From: an uncultured Candidatus Rokubacteria bacterium
GTDB taxonomy: Bacteria; Methylomirabilota; Methylomirabilia; Rokubacteriales; CSP1-6
DNA length: 64,000 nt
Direction of reading: 5' to 3'
Assembly: GCA_963771355.1 (NCBI GenBank)
Contig: CAVYTA010000006.1
Coordinates: 1,952,001 to 2,016,000 of the forward strand
A program made the translations under genes and the position numbers. A model generated the notes under the pieces. That model did no database searches. It saw only the letters and a list, made by a program, of their open reading frames with translations, and was not told where the DNA came from. This document shows, one piece after another, positions 18,921 through 32,027 of the stretch. How positions within the stretch are numbered: position 1 is the first letter of the stretch; every line of letters begins with the position of its first letter.

Positions 18921-20822
18921 ATGAAACGACCCATCCGTCAGAAGACGCAGTTCTCCCTCGTCTACGTCCTGATCGCCGCCGTCGTTTTGTCCGTGGTCCA
19001 GAGCTGGCTCGTCTCGCCGCAAACGGTCGAGATCCCGATGAGCCGCTTCCTGACCTTGCTGCGCGAGGACAAGATCGACCGCGTCAACGTCACCGACAAG
19101 GAGATCCAGGGCACCCTCAAGCCCGGCGCCCTCCCCGCCCAGGCCCCGCGACCGGGAGACCGCGTGCGCACCTTCTTCGGCGCCGAGCCCGGCCCCACCG
19201 TGTTCCGGACCACGCGCATCCCCATGGTGGACGACTCCACCCTGGTGAAGGAGCTCGAGCAGCATAAGGTCGAGTTCGCCGGGCGTATCGAGAACACCTT
19301 CTGGCGTGATCTCCTCTTCGGCTGGGTACTGCCGCTGGGCGTGATGGCGGGCATCTGGATCTTCCTCATGCGCCGCATCGGCGGGGGGCCCACCCAGGCG
19401 CTCTCCTTCGGGCGCTCCAAGGCCAAGATCTACGATCGCCGCGAGCTCAAGACCACCTTCGCGGACGTGGCCGGCGTGGACGAGGCCAAGGCCGAGCTGA
19501 TCGAGGTGGTGGACTTCCTCAAGAATCCGAAGAAGTACCAGCGGCTCGGCGGGCGCATCCCCAAGGGCGTGCTCCTGGTGGGGCCGCCGGGCACGGGCAA
19601 GACCTTGCTCGCGCGCGCGGTGGCGGGCGAGGCCGACGTGCCCTTCTTCTTCCTTTCCGGCTCCGAGTTCGTGGAGATGTTCGTGGGCGTGGGCGCGGCG
19701 CGGGTGCGCGACCTCTTCGAGCAGGCCAAGGAGAAGGCGCCCTGCATCATCTTCATCGACGAGCTGGACGCCATCGGGAAGTCGCGCGCGGGGGCCACCG
19801 GGCTGATGGGCGGCCACGACGAGCGCGAGCAGACGCTCAACCAGATCCTGGCCGAGATGGACGGCTTCGACTCCTCCAAGGGCGTCATCATCATGGCCGC
19901 CACCAACCGGCCCGAGGTCCTCGACGCCGCGCTGCTGAGGGCCGGGCGCTTCGATCGGCAGGTGGTGGTGGACCGGCCCGACGTCAAGGGACGCGAGGCC
20001 ATCCTCCGCGTGCACGCGCGCAACGTGCAGCTCGCCCCCGAGGTGGATCTCCGCGTGCTGGCCGCCCGCACCCCCGGCATGGCCGGCGCGGACCTCGCCA
20101 ACCTCATCAACGAAGCCGCCCTCCTCGCCGCGCGCAAGGGGAAGAACGCGGTGGAGATGGCCGACCTGGAGGAGGCGGTGGACCGGGTCATCGGCGGGCT
20201 CGAGCGACGGAGCCGCGTGCTCTCCGAGAAGGAGCGCGACATCGTCGCCCATCACGAGATCGGCCACGCCCTGGTGGCGACGTCCCTGCCCAATGCCGAC
20301 CCCGTGCACAAGGTCACGATCATTCCGCGCGGGGTGGGGGCCCTCGGCGCGACCTATCAGCTGCCCCTGGAGGACCGCTATCTCCTCACCCGGAGCGAGC
20401 TGGAGGACCGCATCGCGGTGCTCCTGGGCGGCCGTGCGGCGGAGGAGGTCGTCTACGGCGAAGTCTCCACCGGCGCCCACAACGACCTCGAGCGCTCGAC
20501 CGAGATGGCGCGCCTCATGGTGATGCAGTACGGGATGTCGGACAAGCTGGGTCCCCTCACCTTCGGGGGAGGCCAGCAATCCCTCTTCCTCAAGGGCAAC
20601 GGGATCTCGGTCGAACGCGACTTCGGAGAGGACACCGCGCGGACCATCGATGAGGAGGTTCGCTCCATCGTGGACCGCATGTACGATCGCGTGCGCGGCC
20701 TCATGATGGCGAAGAAGGCGGTGCTGGTGGCCGCCGCGGTGGAGCTCAAGCAGCGCGAAACCATCGAGGGCGACCGGCTCCGCCAGCTCCTGGCCGGGAC
20801 CGCGGAGGAGGTGGCGCGATGA
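18921..20822 (+). CDS. ftsH: ATP-dependent zinc metalloprotease FtsH
   Basis: Two TM segments, [37 protein letters not shown] 18921 chosen as start. Confidence 0.95.
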   Translation: MKRPIRQKTQFSLVYVLIAAVVLSVVQSWLVSPQTVEIPMSRFLTLLREDKIDRVNVTDKEIQGTLKPGALPAQAPRPGDRVRTFFGAEPGPTVFRTTRIPMVDDSTLVKELEQHKVEFAGRIENTFWRDLLFGWVLPLGVMAGIWIFLMRRIGGGPTQALSFGRSKAKIYDRRELKTTFADVAGVDEAKAELIEVVDFLKNPKKYQRLGGRIPKGVLLVGPPGTGKTLLARAVAGEADVPFFFLSGSEFVEMFVGVGAARVRDLFEQAKEKAPCIIFIDELDAIGKSRAGATGLMGGHDEREQTLNQILAEMDGFDSSKGVIIMAATNRPEVLDAALLRAGRFDRQVVVDRPDVKGREAILRVHARNVQLAPEVDLRVLAARTPGMAGADLANLINEAALLAARKGKNAVEMADLEEAVDRVIGGLERRSRVLSEKERDIVAHHEIGHALVATSLPNADPVHKVTIIPRGVGALGATYQLPLEDRYLLTRSELEDRIAVLLGGRAAEEVVYGEVSTGAHNDLERSTEMARLMVMQYGMSDKLGPLTFGGGQQSLFLKGNGISVERDFGEDTARTIDEEVRSIVDRMYDRVRGLMMAKKAVLVAAAVELKQRETIEGDRLRQLLAGTAEEVAR

Positions 20823-22330
20823 TCTCGATGCGGCGCAGGACCATCCTCTTCCTCGTCGTCGTCGCGGGCGCGCTCGGCGCCTTCGCGGGTGGCTGGGGCG
20901 CCCTCGCGAGCGGCTGGAACAACCGGGCGGCTTCGGACGAGCAGCCGGCGCCCCCCTCGCAGCTCCGTTCCCCTGCCACCGCGCCGGGGCGCCTCGTGCA
21001 AGCGGCGCTGCCCCTCACCGCGGGGAGCTTCGCCCAGGTGGCGGAGACGGTGGGGCCCGCCGTGGTCAACATCAATACCGTGACCGCGCGCGGGGGGGGC
21101 GGGCGCACGCCGGTGGAGGAGTTCTTCGGCGAGGAGTTCTTCCGCCGCTTCTTCGGCGAGGTGCCCGAGCGCGAGCAGCAGCAGCGGAGCCTGGGCTCCG
21201 GCGTCATCGTGGACGCCTCCGGCATCGCACTGACCAATGCCCACGTGGTGGAACGGGCCACCGACATCGAGGTGGTCACCTCCGACGGCAAGAAGCACAA
21301 GGCCAAGCTGGTGGGCACCGACCGCAAGACCGATGTCGCCGTGCTCCGGCTCCAGGGCGGCGGGCCCTACCCCGCCGCGCCCCTGGGCGACTCCGACAAG
21401 ATCAAGGTCGGCGACTGGGTGGTGGCCATCGGCTCGCCCTTCGGGCTGCAGCAGACGGTGACCGCGGGCATCATCAGCGCCAAGGGGCGCTCCATCGGCC
21501 AGGGCGGGCCCTTCGACGACTTCCTCCAGACCGACGCCGCCATCAATCCCGGCAACTCCGGCGGCCCGCTCGTGAACATGGCGGGCGAGGTGGTCGGGAT
21601 CAACAGTGCCATCCTCTCGCGCTCGGGCGGCAATGTCGGCATCGGCTTCGCCATCCCCGCCAACATGGCCCGGCGCATCTACACCGAGCTGGTGGCCAAG
21701 GGCAAGATCACGCGGGGCTGGCTCGGTGTGTCCATCCAGCCGCTCACCCCCGAGCTGGCCAAGGGCTTCGGGCTGAAGGAGCCCAAGGGCGTGCTCCTCT
21801 CCGACGTCATCTCCGACAGCCCCGCGGAGCGCGCGGGGCTTCAGGCCGGCGACATCATCATCGAGTTCGACGGCAAGAAGGTGGAAAACCCCGGCGACCT
21901 CCAGAAGGTCGTCACCAACACCACCCCCGGCAAGGGCGTGCCCCTCAGCCTCTGGCGGGACAAGGCCTCGAAGACCGTCGAGATCCGCATCGGCGAGACG
22001 CCGGACGAGAGCGTGGCGCTCAGGTCGAACAAGCCGGGACGCAGCCTGCTCGGGCTCGAGGTGCGCCCGATCACGCCGGAGATCGCCCGGCAGCTCAACC
22101 TCCGCAATCCGGAGGGCGTGGTGGTGGTACGCGTGGACGAGGACAGCCCCGCCGCCGAGGCCGGGCTGCAACGAGGCGACGTGATCCGCGAAGTCAATCG
22201 CCAGCGGGTGCGCACCCTCTCGGAGTACGAGCGCCTCATCAAGGACCTGAAGGAGGGCGACCGCATCACCGTGCTCCTCCAGCGTGGGGCGCAGGCCCTC
22301 TACGTGGCCTTCACGGTGGCCCGGGGCTGA
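20819..22330 (+). CDS. DegP/DegQ (HtrA) serine protease with two PDZ domains
   Basis: LGSGVIV, TNAHVV, DVAVL, QTDAAINPGNSGGPL, two PDZ. Confidence 0.95.
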   Translation: MISMRRRTILFLVVVAGALGAFAGGWGALASGWNNRAASDEQPAPPSQLRSPATAPGRLVQAALPLTAGSFAQVAETVGPAVVNINTVTARGGGGRTPVEEFFGEEFFRRFFGEVPEREQQQRSLGSGVIVDASGIALTNAHVVERATDIEVVTSDGKKHKAKLVGTDRKTDVAVLRLQGGGPYPAAPLGDSDKIKVGDWVVAIGSPFGLQQTVTAGIISAKGRSIGQGGPFDDFLQTDAAINPGNSGGPLVNMAGEVVGINSAILSRSGGNVGIGFAIPANMARRIYTELVAKGKITRGWLGVSIQPLTPELAKGFGLKEPKGVLLSDVISDSPAERAGLQAGDIIIEFDGKKVENPGDLQKVVTNTTPGKGVPLSLWRDKASKTVEIRIGETPDESVALRSNKPGRSLLGLEVRPITPEIARQLNLRNPEGVVVVRVDEDSPAAEAGLQRGDVIREVNRQRVRTLSEYERLIKDLKEGDRITVLLQRGAQALYVAFTVARG

Positions 22331-22770
22331 TGGGGGAGCGCCCCGGCACCACGCGGCTGCGGACCCTCGTCGGAAATCACGCTCGGCTGGCCCCCATCGC
22401 GCGACTCCTCGGGGCCTCGGTCCTCGAGGTGGAGGACGGACGGGTCGTCATCGAGTTCGAGGTGCGCGAGGAGTTCAAGCATCCGGGCGGCGCCGTCCAG
22501 GGCGGCATCGTCACCGCCTACGCCGATTTGTGCATGGCGCTGGCGGCCCACACCCACTTCGAGCACGGCCAGCACATGTCCACCTCCTCGCTCACGGTGA
22601 ATTTCCTGGCCCCCGTCACCGCCGGCCCCGTGATCGGCGAGGGCACGGTGGTGAAGAAGGGACGCTCCGTGGTCTTCATGGAGGGCATCCTCCGGGACCG
22701 CGGGGGCAACGAGTATGCGCACGCCACCTCCGTGGGCTCCGTTCGCGCTGTCGTTGCCGAGACCGCCTAG
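22330..22770 (+). CDS. PaaI-family hotdog thioesterase
   Basis: HPGGAVQGGIVTAYAD, TSSLTVNFLAP, VKKGRSVVF. Confidence 0.85.
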   Translation: MGERPGTTRLRTLVGNHARLAPIARLLGASVLEVEDGRVVIEFEVREEFKHPGGAVQGGIVTAYADLCMALAAHTHFEHGQHMSTSSLTVNFLAPVTAGPVIGEGTVVKKGRSVVFMEGILRDRGGNEYAHATSVGSVRAVVAETA

Positions 22771-22860
22771 TCCCCGCGCCCGCTGCACCTCCCCAAACAC
22801 CTGCTAAACTAACGGTGAGGCGGCGCTCCGACGGGCCGCAGGACCCGGGGCGCCGCTTCC

Positions 22861-23927
22861 ATGTCCAAGCCCATGGAATTCAAGGACTACTACAAGATCC
22901 TCGGCGTCGCGCGGACGGCCGACGACAAGGCCATCAAGACGGCCTATCGGGCGCTCGCCCGCAAGTACCATCCCGACGTCAACAAGGGCTCGGCCACCAA
23001 GTTCCAGGAGGTCAACGAGGCCTACGAGGTGCTCTCCGATCCCGAGAAACGCCGGCGCTACGACACGCTCGGCTCCGACTGGCAGCGGCACGCGGAGGCG
23101 GGCGCGCGGCCCCCGGGGGGCGCCGGTGAGGTGCGCTTCGAGACCGGCGGCGACCTCGGCGGGTTCTCCGACTTCTTCCAGAGCATATTCGGGAACTTCT
23201 CCAGGGGCGGCGGGCCCGGGAGCGCCGGGCCACGGACGGGAGGTCGCGTGCGCGACTTCCGGCGCGGGGGCCTGGGCGACTTCGATCTCGGCGATCTGGG
23301 CGACCTCGGCGGGCCCGGCGTCGCGGAGCCGGGAGGCGACGCCGAGGGCCCGATCGAGCTGTCCCTCGAGGAGGCGTTCGCGGGCGTGCGCAAGCCCATC
23401 GCGCTCGAGCTGGACGAGGCCTGCCCGGTCTGCGGCGGCTCCGGGCACGTGAACCGCAAGCCCTGCGCATCCTGCCGCGGCACCGGCTGGGCCAAGGGCC
23501 AGCGCCGGCTCGAAGTCAAGATCCCCGCCGGCGTGGACACCGGCGCGCGCATCCGCGTGGCCGGTGAAGGGCCCGCGCGCGCGGGCGGCGGCAAGTCCGA
23601 TCTCTATCTGCGCGTGACGGTCAAGCCCCACGACCGCATCGAGCGCAAGGGCGACGACCTCCACGTGGATCTTCCGGTGTCGTTCGTGGACGCCGCCCTG
23701 GGCGCGGAGATCTCGGTCCCGACGCTGAAGGGCCATGTCTCGATGAAGATCCCGCCGGAGACGTCGAGCGGCCGGGTCTTCCGCATCCCCGGCTACGGCA
23801 TGCCGCATCTCAAGGGCGGCGGCGCCGGCGACCAGTTCGTCCGCGTGCAGGTGACGGTCCCCGCGGGTCTCACCGCGAAAGAGCAAGAGTTATTGGCGGA
23901 GCTCAGACAGCTACGCCAGGAGAAGAC

Positions 23928-23931
<4 letters not shown>
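22861..23931 (+). CDS. DnaJ/CbpA-like co-chaperone with a single zinc finger
   Basis: KDYYKILGV...YHPD J-domain, G/F region, only two CxxCxGxG motifs, DnaJ_C domain. Confidence 0.92.
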
Positions 23932-26525
<2,594 letters not shown>

Positions 26526-26546
26526 AACACTGTGCGCCCTGTTCTC

Positions 26547-26564
26547 TCTCCCCCGCGGGGGAGA
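26547..26564. repeat. Short hairpin after clpB (terminator- or REP-like)
   Basis: ctctcccccgcgggggagag-type palindrome (ends approximate); no U-tract. Confidence 0.45.
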
Positions 26565-26680
26565 GGGCAGGCGGCATTGGCTTCGCCCTTCCGAGGCGAT
26601 TGGCTGACCAGCGCGGGCGCGCCGGTTGAATCTCCTGGTGGCGCTGCCACATCTGAAGGCATGATCACCGGGGAGGCCCC

Positions 26681-27973
26681 ATGACCGGATCCCGCAAGGG
26701 CGTGCACTACGCTTGGATCATGCTCGGCGCCGTCGTCCTCATCTTTCTCGCGGCGTCGGGGTTGCGCGCCGTCCTGGGCGTGTTCATCAAGCCGATGGAA
26801 GCGGAGTTCGGCTGGGATCGCTCTTCCATGTCCCAGGTGGCGGCGCTCTCGCTCCTGCTGGTCGGCGCGGTGGGGCCCTTCGTCGGCTGGCTGGCCGACC
26901 GGTGGGGCCCGCGCAATGTGATGATGCTCTTCCTCGCCGTCGTCGCGGTGGGCGCCATGCTCTCCGCCTACGTCACCAGCCTCTGGCAGTTCTACCTGAC
27001 GGCGGGGGTGCTCATGGCCCTCGGCGCGGGCGGCATGGGCATGGCCACCGCCTCCACGCTCGCCGCGCGCTGGTTCGTGGCGCGCCGCGGCCTCGTGATG
27101 GGCATACTCGGCGCGGGCATGTCGGCGGGCCAGCTCGTGATGATCCCGGCCGCGGTGTGGCTCACCCTCAACTACGGCTGGCGGAGCTCCTTCTTCTGGC
27201 TCGGCGTCAGCGTGTTCCTCACCGCCATCCCGTTGACCTACGCCTTCGTGCGTGACGATCCGAAGCTCAAGGGACTCACCGCGTTCGGGACCGGCGTCGC
27301 CGTGCCGCAGGCCGGGATGAAGGAGATGCCCGCCGACCGGCGGGTGTCCGTCAACGAGGCCATGACCTATCCGTCCTTCTGGCTGCTGGCGGGGACCTTC
27401 TTCGTCTGCGGCTACACCTCCAACGGCATGGTGCTCACCCACCTCGTGCCGCATGCCGCCGAGCACGGCTTCTCCGAGATGCACGCGGCCCAGGCGCTCG
27501 GCGTGATGGGCGCAATGAACATCGTGGGCACGGTGCTGTCGGGCTGGATCTGCGACCGCTTCGGCCGCAAGGGGCCGCTCGCCTTCTACTACGGCGTGCG
27601 CGGGCTCTCGCTGCTGTTCCTGCTCTATATCTGGAACGTGCCCTCGCTGCACATCTTCGCCGCGGTCTTCGGGCTCAACTACATCTCCACGGTGCCCCCG
27701 ACCACCACGCTGACCGCCAACATCTTCGGGCGCTACTCGGTGGGCGTGCTCTCGGGCTGGATCTTCTTCGCCCACCAGGTGGGTTCGGCCCTCGGCGCCG
27801 CGGCGGGGGGCTGGATCTTCGACTTCACCGGCTCGTACCAGTGGGCCTTCGTCTCCGCGGCGCTGATGGCCTTCGCCGCCTCGGGCCTCTCGCTGGCCAT
27901 CAAGGAAGTCCCGGTAAGCCAGGCGCCCACGCCGCGCCCCGCGCCCACCGGCGTCCCGGTTCCCGCCGCCTAG
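26681..27973 (+). CDS. MFS transporter (OFA/MCT-like)
   Basis: VHYAWI, GVFIKPMEAEFGW, GWLADRWGPR, GWICDRFGRK, about 12 TM. Confidence 0.9.
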   Translation: MTGSRKGVHYAWIMLGAVVLIFLAASGLRAVLGVFIKPMEAEFGWDRSSMSQVAALSLLLVGAVGPFVGWLADRWGPRNVMMLFLAVVAVGAMLSAYVTSLWQFYLTAGVLMALGAGGMGMATASTLAARWFVARRGLVMGILGAGMSAGQLVMIPAAVWLTLNYGWRSSFFWLGVSVFLTAIPLTYAFVRDDPKLKGLTAFGTGVAVPQAGMKEMPADRRVSVNEAMTYPSFWLLAGTFFVCGYTSNGMVLTHLVPHAAEHGFSEMHAAQALGVMGAMNIVGTVLSGWICDRFGRKGPLAFYYGVRGLSLLFLLYIWNVPSLHIFAAVFGLNYISTVPPTTTLTANIFGRYSVGVLSGWIFFAHQVGSALGAAAGGWIFDFTGSYQWAFVSAALMAFAASGLSLAIKEVPVSQAPTPRPAPTGVPVPAA

Positions 27974-28314
27974 AGCGGCGCGTCGAAGTGGACGGCGAGC
28001 CACACGGTCGGGACCTCGGGATCCGTCCACTCCACCCGGTGCCGCGCGTGCGCGGGAATCCGGAGCCAGTCGCCGGGCGCCAGCGCGCGGGGCTCCGCCT
28101 CTCCCTCGAAGCGAAGGCGCGCCGCCCCCGCGAGGACCGCCACCCACTCGTCCCGTGCCCCGTCGTACCACTGCCCCGGCGGCGTGACCTGCCCCCGCGA
28201 GATGATGCGCTCGATGCGGAGGTGGGGGGTCTCGGCAAGCACGTCCACCTGCTCGTCGCGCAGGGCCGGCGGCAGCGCGCGGAACAGATTGCCGGACGTC
28301 CCGAACGCCGTCAC
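27970..28314 (-). CDS. Small cupin-domain protein
   Basis: RIERIISRGQVTPPGQWYD, EWVAVLAGAARL, IPAHARHRVEWT, TVWLAVHF; GTG overlaps upstream stop. Confidence 0.82.
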   Translation of the reverse strand: MTAFGTSGNLFRALPPALRDEQVDVLAETPHLRIERIISRGQVTPPGQWYDGARDEWVAVLAGAARLRFEGEAEPRALAPGDWLRIPAHARHRVEWTDPEVPTVWLAVHFDAPL

Positions 28315-28769
28315 CCGGTGAGCCGCTCGATCAGCGCCGCGTGCTGGGGAAACGCGGCGAGCAATACGTCCCGACGCGCCAGCTCGAGATCGGCGAAGTC
28401 GAAGCCCGGCGCCACCGTGCAGCCGACCAGCGCATAGGTCTCCGCCGACGCCAGCGCGGCGCCGAACCAGTGGCCGGCGGGCACCACGCCCTGGGGCGCC
28501 TGCCCCGCGTCCAGGTCCCCACCCAGCGTGAATTCCGTGAGCGTGCCGGCGGGCGCAATCGCGGACACGGTGAGCGGGCCGCCCGCGTAGAAGTGCCAGA
28601 GCTCGTCCGAGCGGATGCGGTGGAGCCGGGAGACCTGGCGGCCTTCGAGGAGGAAATAGATCGCGGTGGAGACGTTGGCGGGGCCGCGATAGGTTTCGCG
28701 GTAGTGACCTCCCTCCGGATGCGGAGTCAGGCGGAGGGAGCGGATCCAGCGCGCGGCGGCGGCGTGCAC
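28311..28769 (-). CDS. Cupin_5 (DUF985-like) protein
   Basis: LTPHPEGGHYRETYR, STAIYFLL, HRIRSDELWHFY, LVGCTVAPGFDF. Confidence 0.88.
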   Translation of the reverse strand: MHAAAARWIRSLRLTPHPEGGHYRETYRGPANVSTAIYFLLEGRQVSRLHRIRSDELWHFYAGGPLTVSAIAPAGTLTEFTLGGDLDAGQAPQGVVPAGHWFGAALASAETYALVGCTVAPGFDFADLELARRDVLLAAFPQHAALIERLTG

Positions 28770-28787
28770 GCCCGGCGCGATGGCGAG

Positions 28788-30551
28788 TTACCAGCCGATG
28801 GCGTGGCCCCCACGGCGCGGATCGGCGCCGCCGTGGCGGGTGCCGTCGGGGCCGACCACGATGGCGCACACCGCGCCCGCGCGCCAGTCCCACTCCGGCC
28901 ACTCGCTCACCACGTGGCCGAGCGCGGCCAGGGCCTCGCGGGTCGCCGCCGGCATGCGGCGCTCGATCTCGAGCACGCCCGGCGCGTCGGGATGCGGCCA
29001 GAAGGAATCCGGGAAGGAGCGCGTGGCCAGGCGGGGCGCTTCGATGGCCCGCTGCACCGGCATGCCGTACGCGGTCACGTTGAGGAAGACCTGCAGCATG
29101 GCCTGCTGCTGCACGTCGCCGCCGGGCGTGCCGAACGGCATGAAGAGCTTGCCGTCCTTGAAGGCCATGGCCGGCGCCGGCGTGAGACGGGGGCGCTTGC
29201 CGGGCGCCACCTCGCTGGGATGGCCCGGCGCGAGCCAGCCCTGCGAGCCACGCGGCGAGACCACACAGCCCACTCCCGGCACCACCGGCGAGTCCACGCA
29301 CGGATCGCTGGGGGTAGACGAGAAGCCGTTACCCTGCTCGTCCACCACGCACACGTAGGAGGTGTCCAGCGCCCCGCTGATCCCCTTGGGCCCGGGCGGC
29401 GTCGGCGAGGCGCCGTTCTTCACCGCGGCCAGCCCGTAGGGATCCCCGGCGGGCGGCAGCGTGGTCCAGGCGCGATCCTCGTGGATCAGCGCGCGGCGGG
29501 CCTTGGCGTAGACCTTCGAGAGGAGACCGTCCGCGGGGACCTTCACGTGCTTGGGGTCGCCGTAGTAGGTCTCGCGGTCGGCGAAGGCGACCTTCATCGC
29601 CTCCACGATCAGGTGAAGCGCCCGCGGGGAGTTGTGGCCGAGGGCGGCGAGGTCATAGCCCTCGAGGAGATTCAACATCTGGAGCAGCACCGGTCCCTGG
29701 CCGGAGAAGCCGCAGGCCGCCACCTCGTACTCGTGAAAGCTCGTCTTCAGCGCCGGCGCGACCTCGACCGAAAACTCGGCGAGATCGTTCGCGCGGAGGA
29801 GCCCCCCCGCCTTCTCGTGATAGGCCACGATGCGCCGGGCGATCTCGCCCCGGTAGAACACGTCGCGCGCGGCGCGGATGGCCTTCACCCGGCCCTGGCG
29901 CCGGGCTTTCGCCTCGGCGTCCATCATGAGCTTGATGCTCCCCGCCAGCTCGCGCTCCACGAGGATCTGGCCGGCCTTGGGGGGCTTGCCGCCGGGCAGG
30001 TACAGTGCGGCGGAGGTGGGCCACCGCGCCATCTTCTCCGCGCTCCGCTCGAACATCGCGGCGCTGAAGATCGAGACCGGATAGCCGTTCTTCGCGCACT
30101 CGTACGCCGGCGCAGCAACCTCGGCGAAGCTCTTGGTGCCCCAGCGCGCGAGCGCCGCGCACCAGGCGTCCGGCGTGGCGGGGACGACGGTGCGCTGAAT
30201 GCCGGTGGGGATCTCGCCGCCGCACCGGGTCCGGTAGTACTCGGCGGACGCCAGGCGCGGATAGGGCCCGACGCCGGTCACCTCGTAGGTCTTCCGCGAC
30301 CTCGCCACATGCACCAGGATGGGACCCACGCCGGCAAAGCTCACCATGTCCGGGTGCACCACCCCGAGCATCATTCCCGCGGCAGCGCCGGCGTCGATCG
30401 CGTTGCCGCCGGCCTCCAGGATGCGCGCCGCCGCCTGGGCGGCGAGCGGATGGCCGGCCGCAACCATCCAGCGGCGGCCCATGACCTGATTCATGACTCC
30501 GGAGGCGGCCTGCGGCATGTGCTTCTGGCTCTGCGCGGCATCTAGGCTCAT
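28788..30551 (-). CDS. ggt: Gamma-glutamyltransferase family protein (start uncertain, 30482-30551)
   Basis: AGGNAIDA, nucleophile DTSY, PGKRPRLTPAP, FGTPGGDVQQQ, GGADPRR. Confidence 0.9.
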   Translation of the reverse strand: MSLDAAQSQKHMPQAASGVMNQVMGRRWMVAAGHPLAAQAAARILEAGGNAIDAGAAAGMMLGVVHPDMVSFAGVGPILVHVARSRKTYEVTGVGPYPRLASAEYYRTRCGGEIPTGIQRTVVPATPDAWCAALARWGTKSFAEVAAPAYECAKNGYPVSIFSAAMFERSAEKMARWPTSAALYLPGGKPPKAGQILVERELAGSIKLMMDAEAKARRQGRVKAIRAARDVFYRGEIARRIVAYHEKAGGLLRANDLAEFSVEVAPALKTSFHEYEVAACGFSGQGPVLLQMLNLLEGYDLAALGHNSPRALHLIVEAMKVAFADRETYYGDPKHVKVPADGLLSKVYAKARRALIHEDRAWTTLPPAGDPYGLAAVKNGASPTPPGPKGISGALDTSYVCVVDEQGNGFSSTPSDPCVDSPVVPGVGCVVSPRGSQGWLAPGHPSEVAPGKRPRLTPAPAMAFKDGKLFMPFGTPGGDVQQQAMLQVFLNVTAYGMPVQRAIEAPRLATRSFPDSFWPHPDAPGVLEIERRMPAATREALAALGHVVSEWPEWDWRAGAVCAIVVGPDGTRHGGADPRRGGHAIGW

Positions 30552-30574
30552 GGTCCGTATGGTAACATAGCGAC

Positions 30575-31309
30575 ATGTCTACGTTCCCGCTGATCGGCGT
30601 GAGCATGTCCATCACGGTCACGACGTCTCCCGAGCGGGCATACGTGAACTCGACCTACCTCAACGCGATCCAGCAGGCCGGCGGCGTGCCCGTCGCGCTG
30701 CCCGCGCAGCTGTCCCCGCGCTCGTGGGAACGGCTGGCGGCCGGGCTCGACGGCCTTTTGCTGACGGGTGGCGGCGATATCGATCCCGCGCTCTTCGGCG
30801 AGGCGCCGTCTCCCACCCTCTACGACGTGGCGCCGATCCGCGACACGTTCGAGACCGCCGCCGCGCGCTGGGCCCTCGAGCGCGGGGTGCCGCTCCTCTG
30901 CATTTGCCGCGGCCTGCAGGTGCTCAACGTGGCGCTGGGCGGCAGCCTCCACCAGGATGTGGCCACGGAGCCCGGCACCCAGCTGGAGCACAGCCAGAAG
31001 GGGCCGCGTGATGAGCCGACCCACAAGGTGACGGTGACGCCCGGCAGCCGCCTGGCCGAGGTGCTGGGCGCCGACGAGGTCGAGGTGAACAGCATGCACC
31101 ACCAGGGCATCAAGACCCTGGGCCGCGGCCTCACCGCCAGCGCCTGGGCACCCGATCAGCTCGTCGAGGGCGTGGAGCTACCGCACGACAATCGTTTCAT
31201 CTTGGGCGTGCAGTGGCATCCCGAAGAGCTGATCGGACACTCCGAGCCCGCGCGCCGCCTCTTCTCCGCCCTCGTCACGTACGCCGCCCGCGCGCGCGAC
31301 CGCAAGTAA
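30575..31309 (+). CDS. Gamma-glutamyl-gamma-aminobutyrate hydrolase-like (peptidase C26, PuuD family)
   Basis: GLLLTGGGDIDP, CICRGLQVLNV, VNSMHHQG, GVQWHPE. Confidence 0.9.
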   Translation: MSTFPLIGVSMSITVTTSPERAYVNSTYLNAIQQAGGVPVALPAQLSPRSWERLAAGLDGLLLTGGGDIDPALFGEAPSPTLYDVAPIRDTFETAAARWALERGVPLLCICRGLQVLNVALGGSLHQDVATEPGTQLEHSQKGPRDEPTHKVTVTPGSRLAEVLGADEVEVNSMHHQGIKTLGRGLTASAWAPDQLVEGVELPHDNRFILGVQWHPEELIGHSEPARRLFSALVTYAARARDRK

Positions 31310-31349
31310 CCCTGCCCGGCCCCGGGCTCCGGGGCGCCCGGAGGATTTC

Positions 31350-32027
31350 ATGCCCAAGACTCGTGGCACCGGCCTCCTGATGCTGTGGACCGACGTGGAC
31401 GCCGCCCACGAGGCGGAGTTCAACCGCTGGTACAACGAGGAGCATCTCCACCATCTCCTCAAGGTGCCCGGCTTTCTCTCCGCGGCACGCTACGAAGCCA
31501 TCTCGGGGGGGCCGAAATATCTCGCCATGTACGAGCTGGAAGAGGTGAGCGTACTGCGCACGGGGGCCTTCCTCGACGAGGTGCGCTTTCGCCCCTCGCC
31601 CTGGCGGACCAAGGCGTCCGGCGGGCATGTCGGACGCAACTATCTCGTGCAGGGCTACCGGCAGATCTTCCCCGCCCGGACCAACCCGATCGAGCTCACC
31701 ATGGGCCCGTCGCCGTATCTGCAGATGGGCCGCATGGACATCCCCGCGGCGATGGAAGAGGAGTGGAACGCCTGGTACAACGCCGTCTACGTCCCCGACT
31801 ACCTCGGCGTGCCCGGCGTCATCCGGGCCCGGCGCTACATGGTGGTGGACGGCCAGCCGAAGTACCTGACCCTCTATGAATTCGAGCGCGCGGACGTGCC
31901 GAGGAGCGAGGCCTGGAACCGGGTCCGCGATCTCAATCCCTGGACCCATCGCATCCGTCCCTTCATGAAGCTCGACGCGGGATCTCCGGCGGTGTTCAAG
32001 CGGATCTTCCCGGACCCGGTGGAGTGA
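31350..32027 (+). CDS. Tandem dimeric alpha/beta-barrel (EthD/DUF4286-like) protein
   Basis: Two repeats: EFNRWYNEEH..VPGFLSAARY...PKYLAMYE and EWNAWYNAVY..VPGVIRARRY...PKYLTLYE. Confidence 0.75.
   Translation: MPKTRGTGLLMLWTDVDAAHEAEFNRWYNEEHLHHLLKVPGFLSAARYEAISGGPKYLAMYELEEVSVLRTGAFLDEVRFRPSPWRTKASGGHVGRNYLVQGYRQIFPARTNPIELTMGPSPYLQMGRMDIPAAMEEEWNAWYNAVYVPDYLGVPGVIRARRYMVVDGQPKYLTLYEFERADVPRSEAWNRVRDLNPWTHRIRPFMKLDAGSPAVFKRIFPDPVE

Noticed and set aside
22781..22807. CIRCE-like element before the dnaJ-like gene
   Set aside because: Only TGCTAA matches; the left arm is poor and the spacing wrong; better explained as extended -10 TGCTAAACT.
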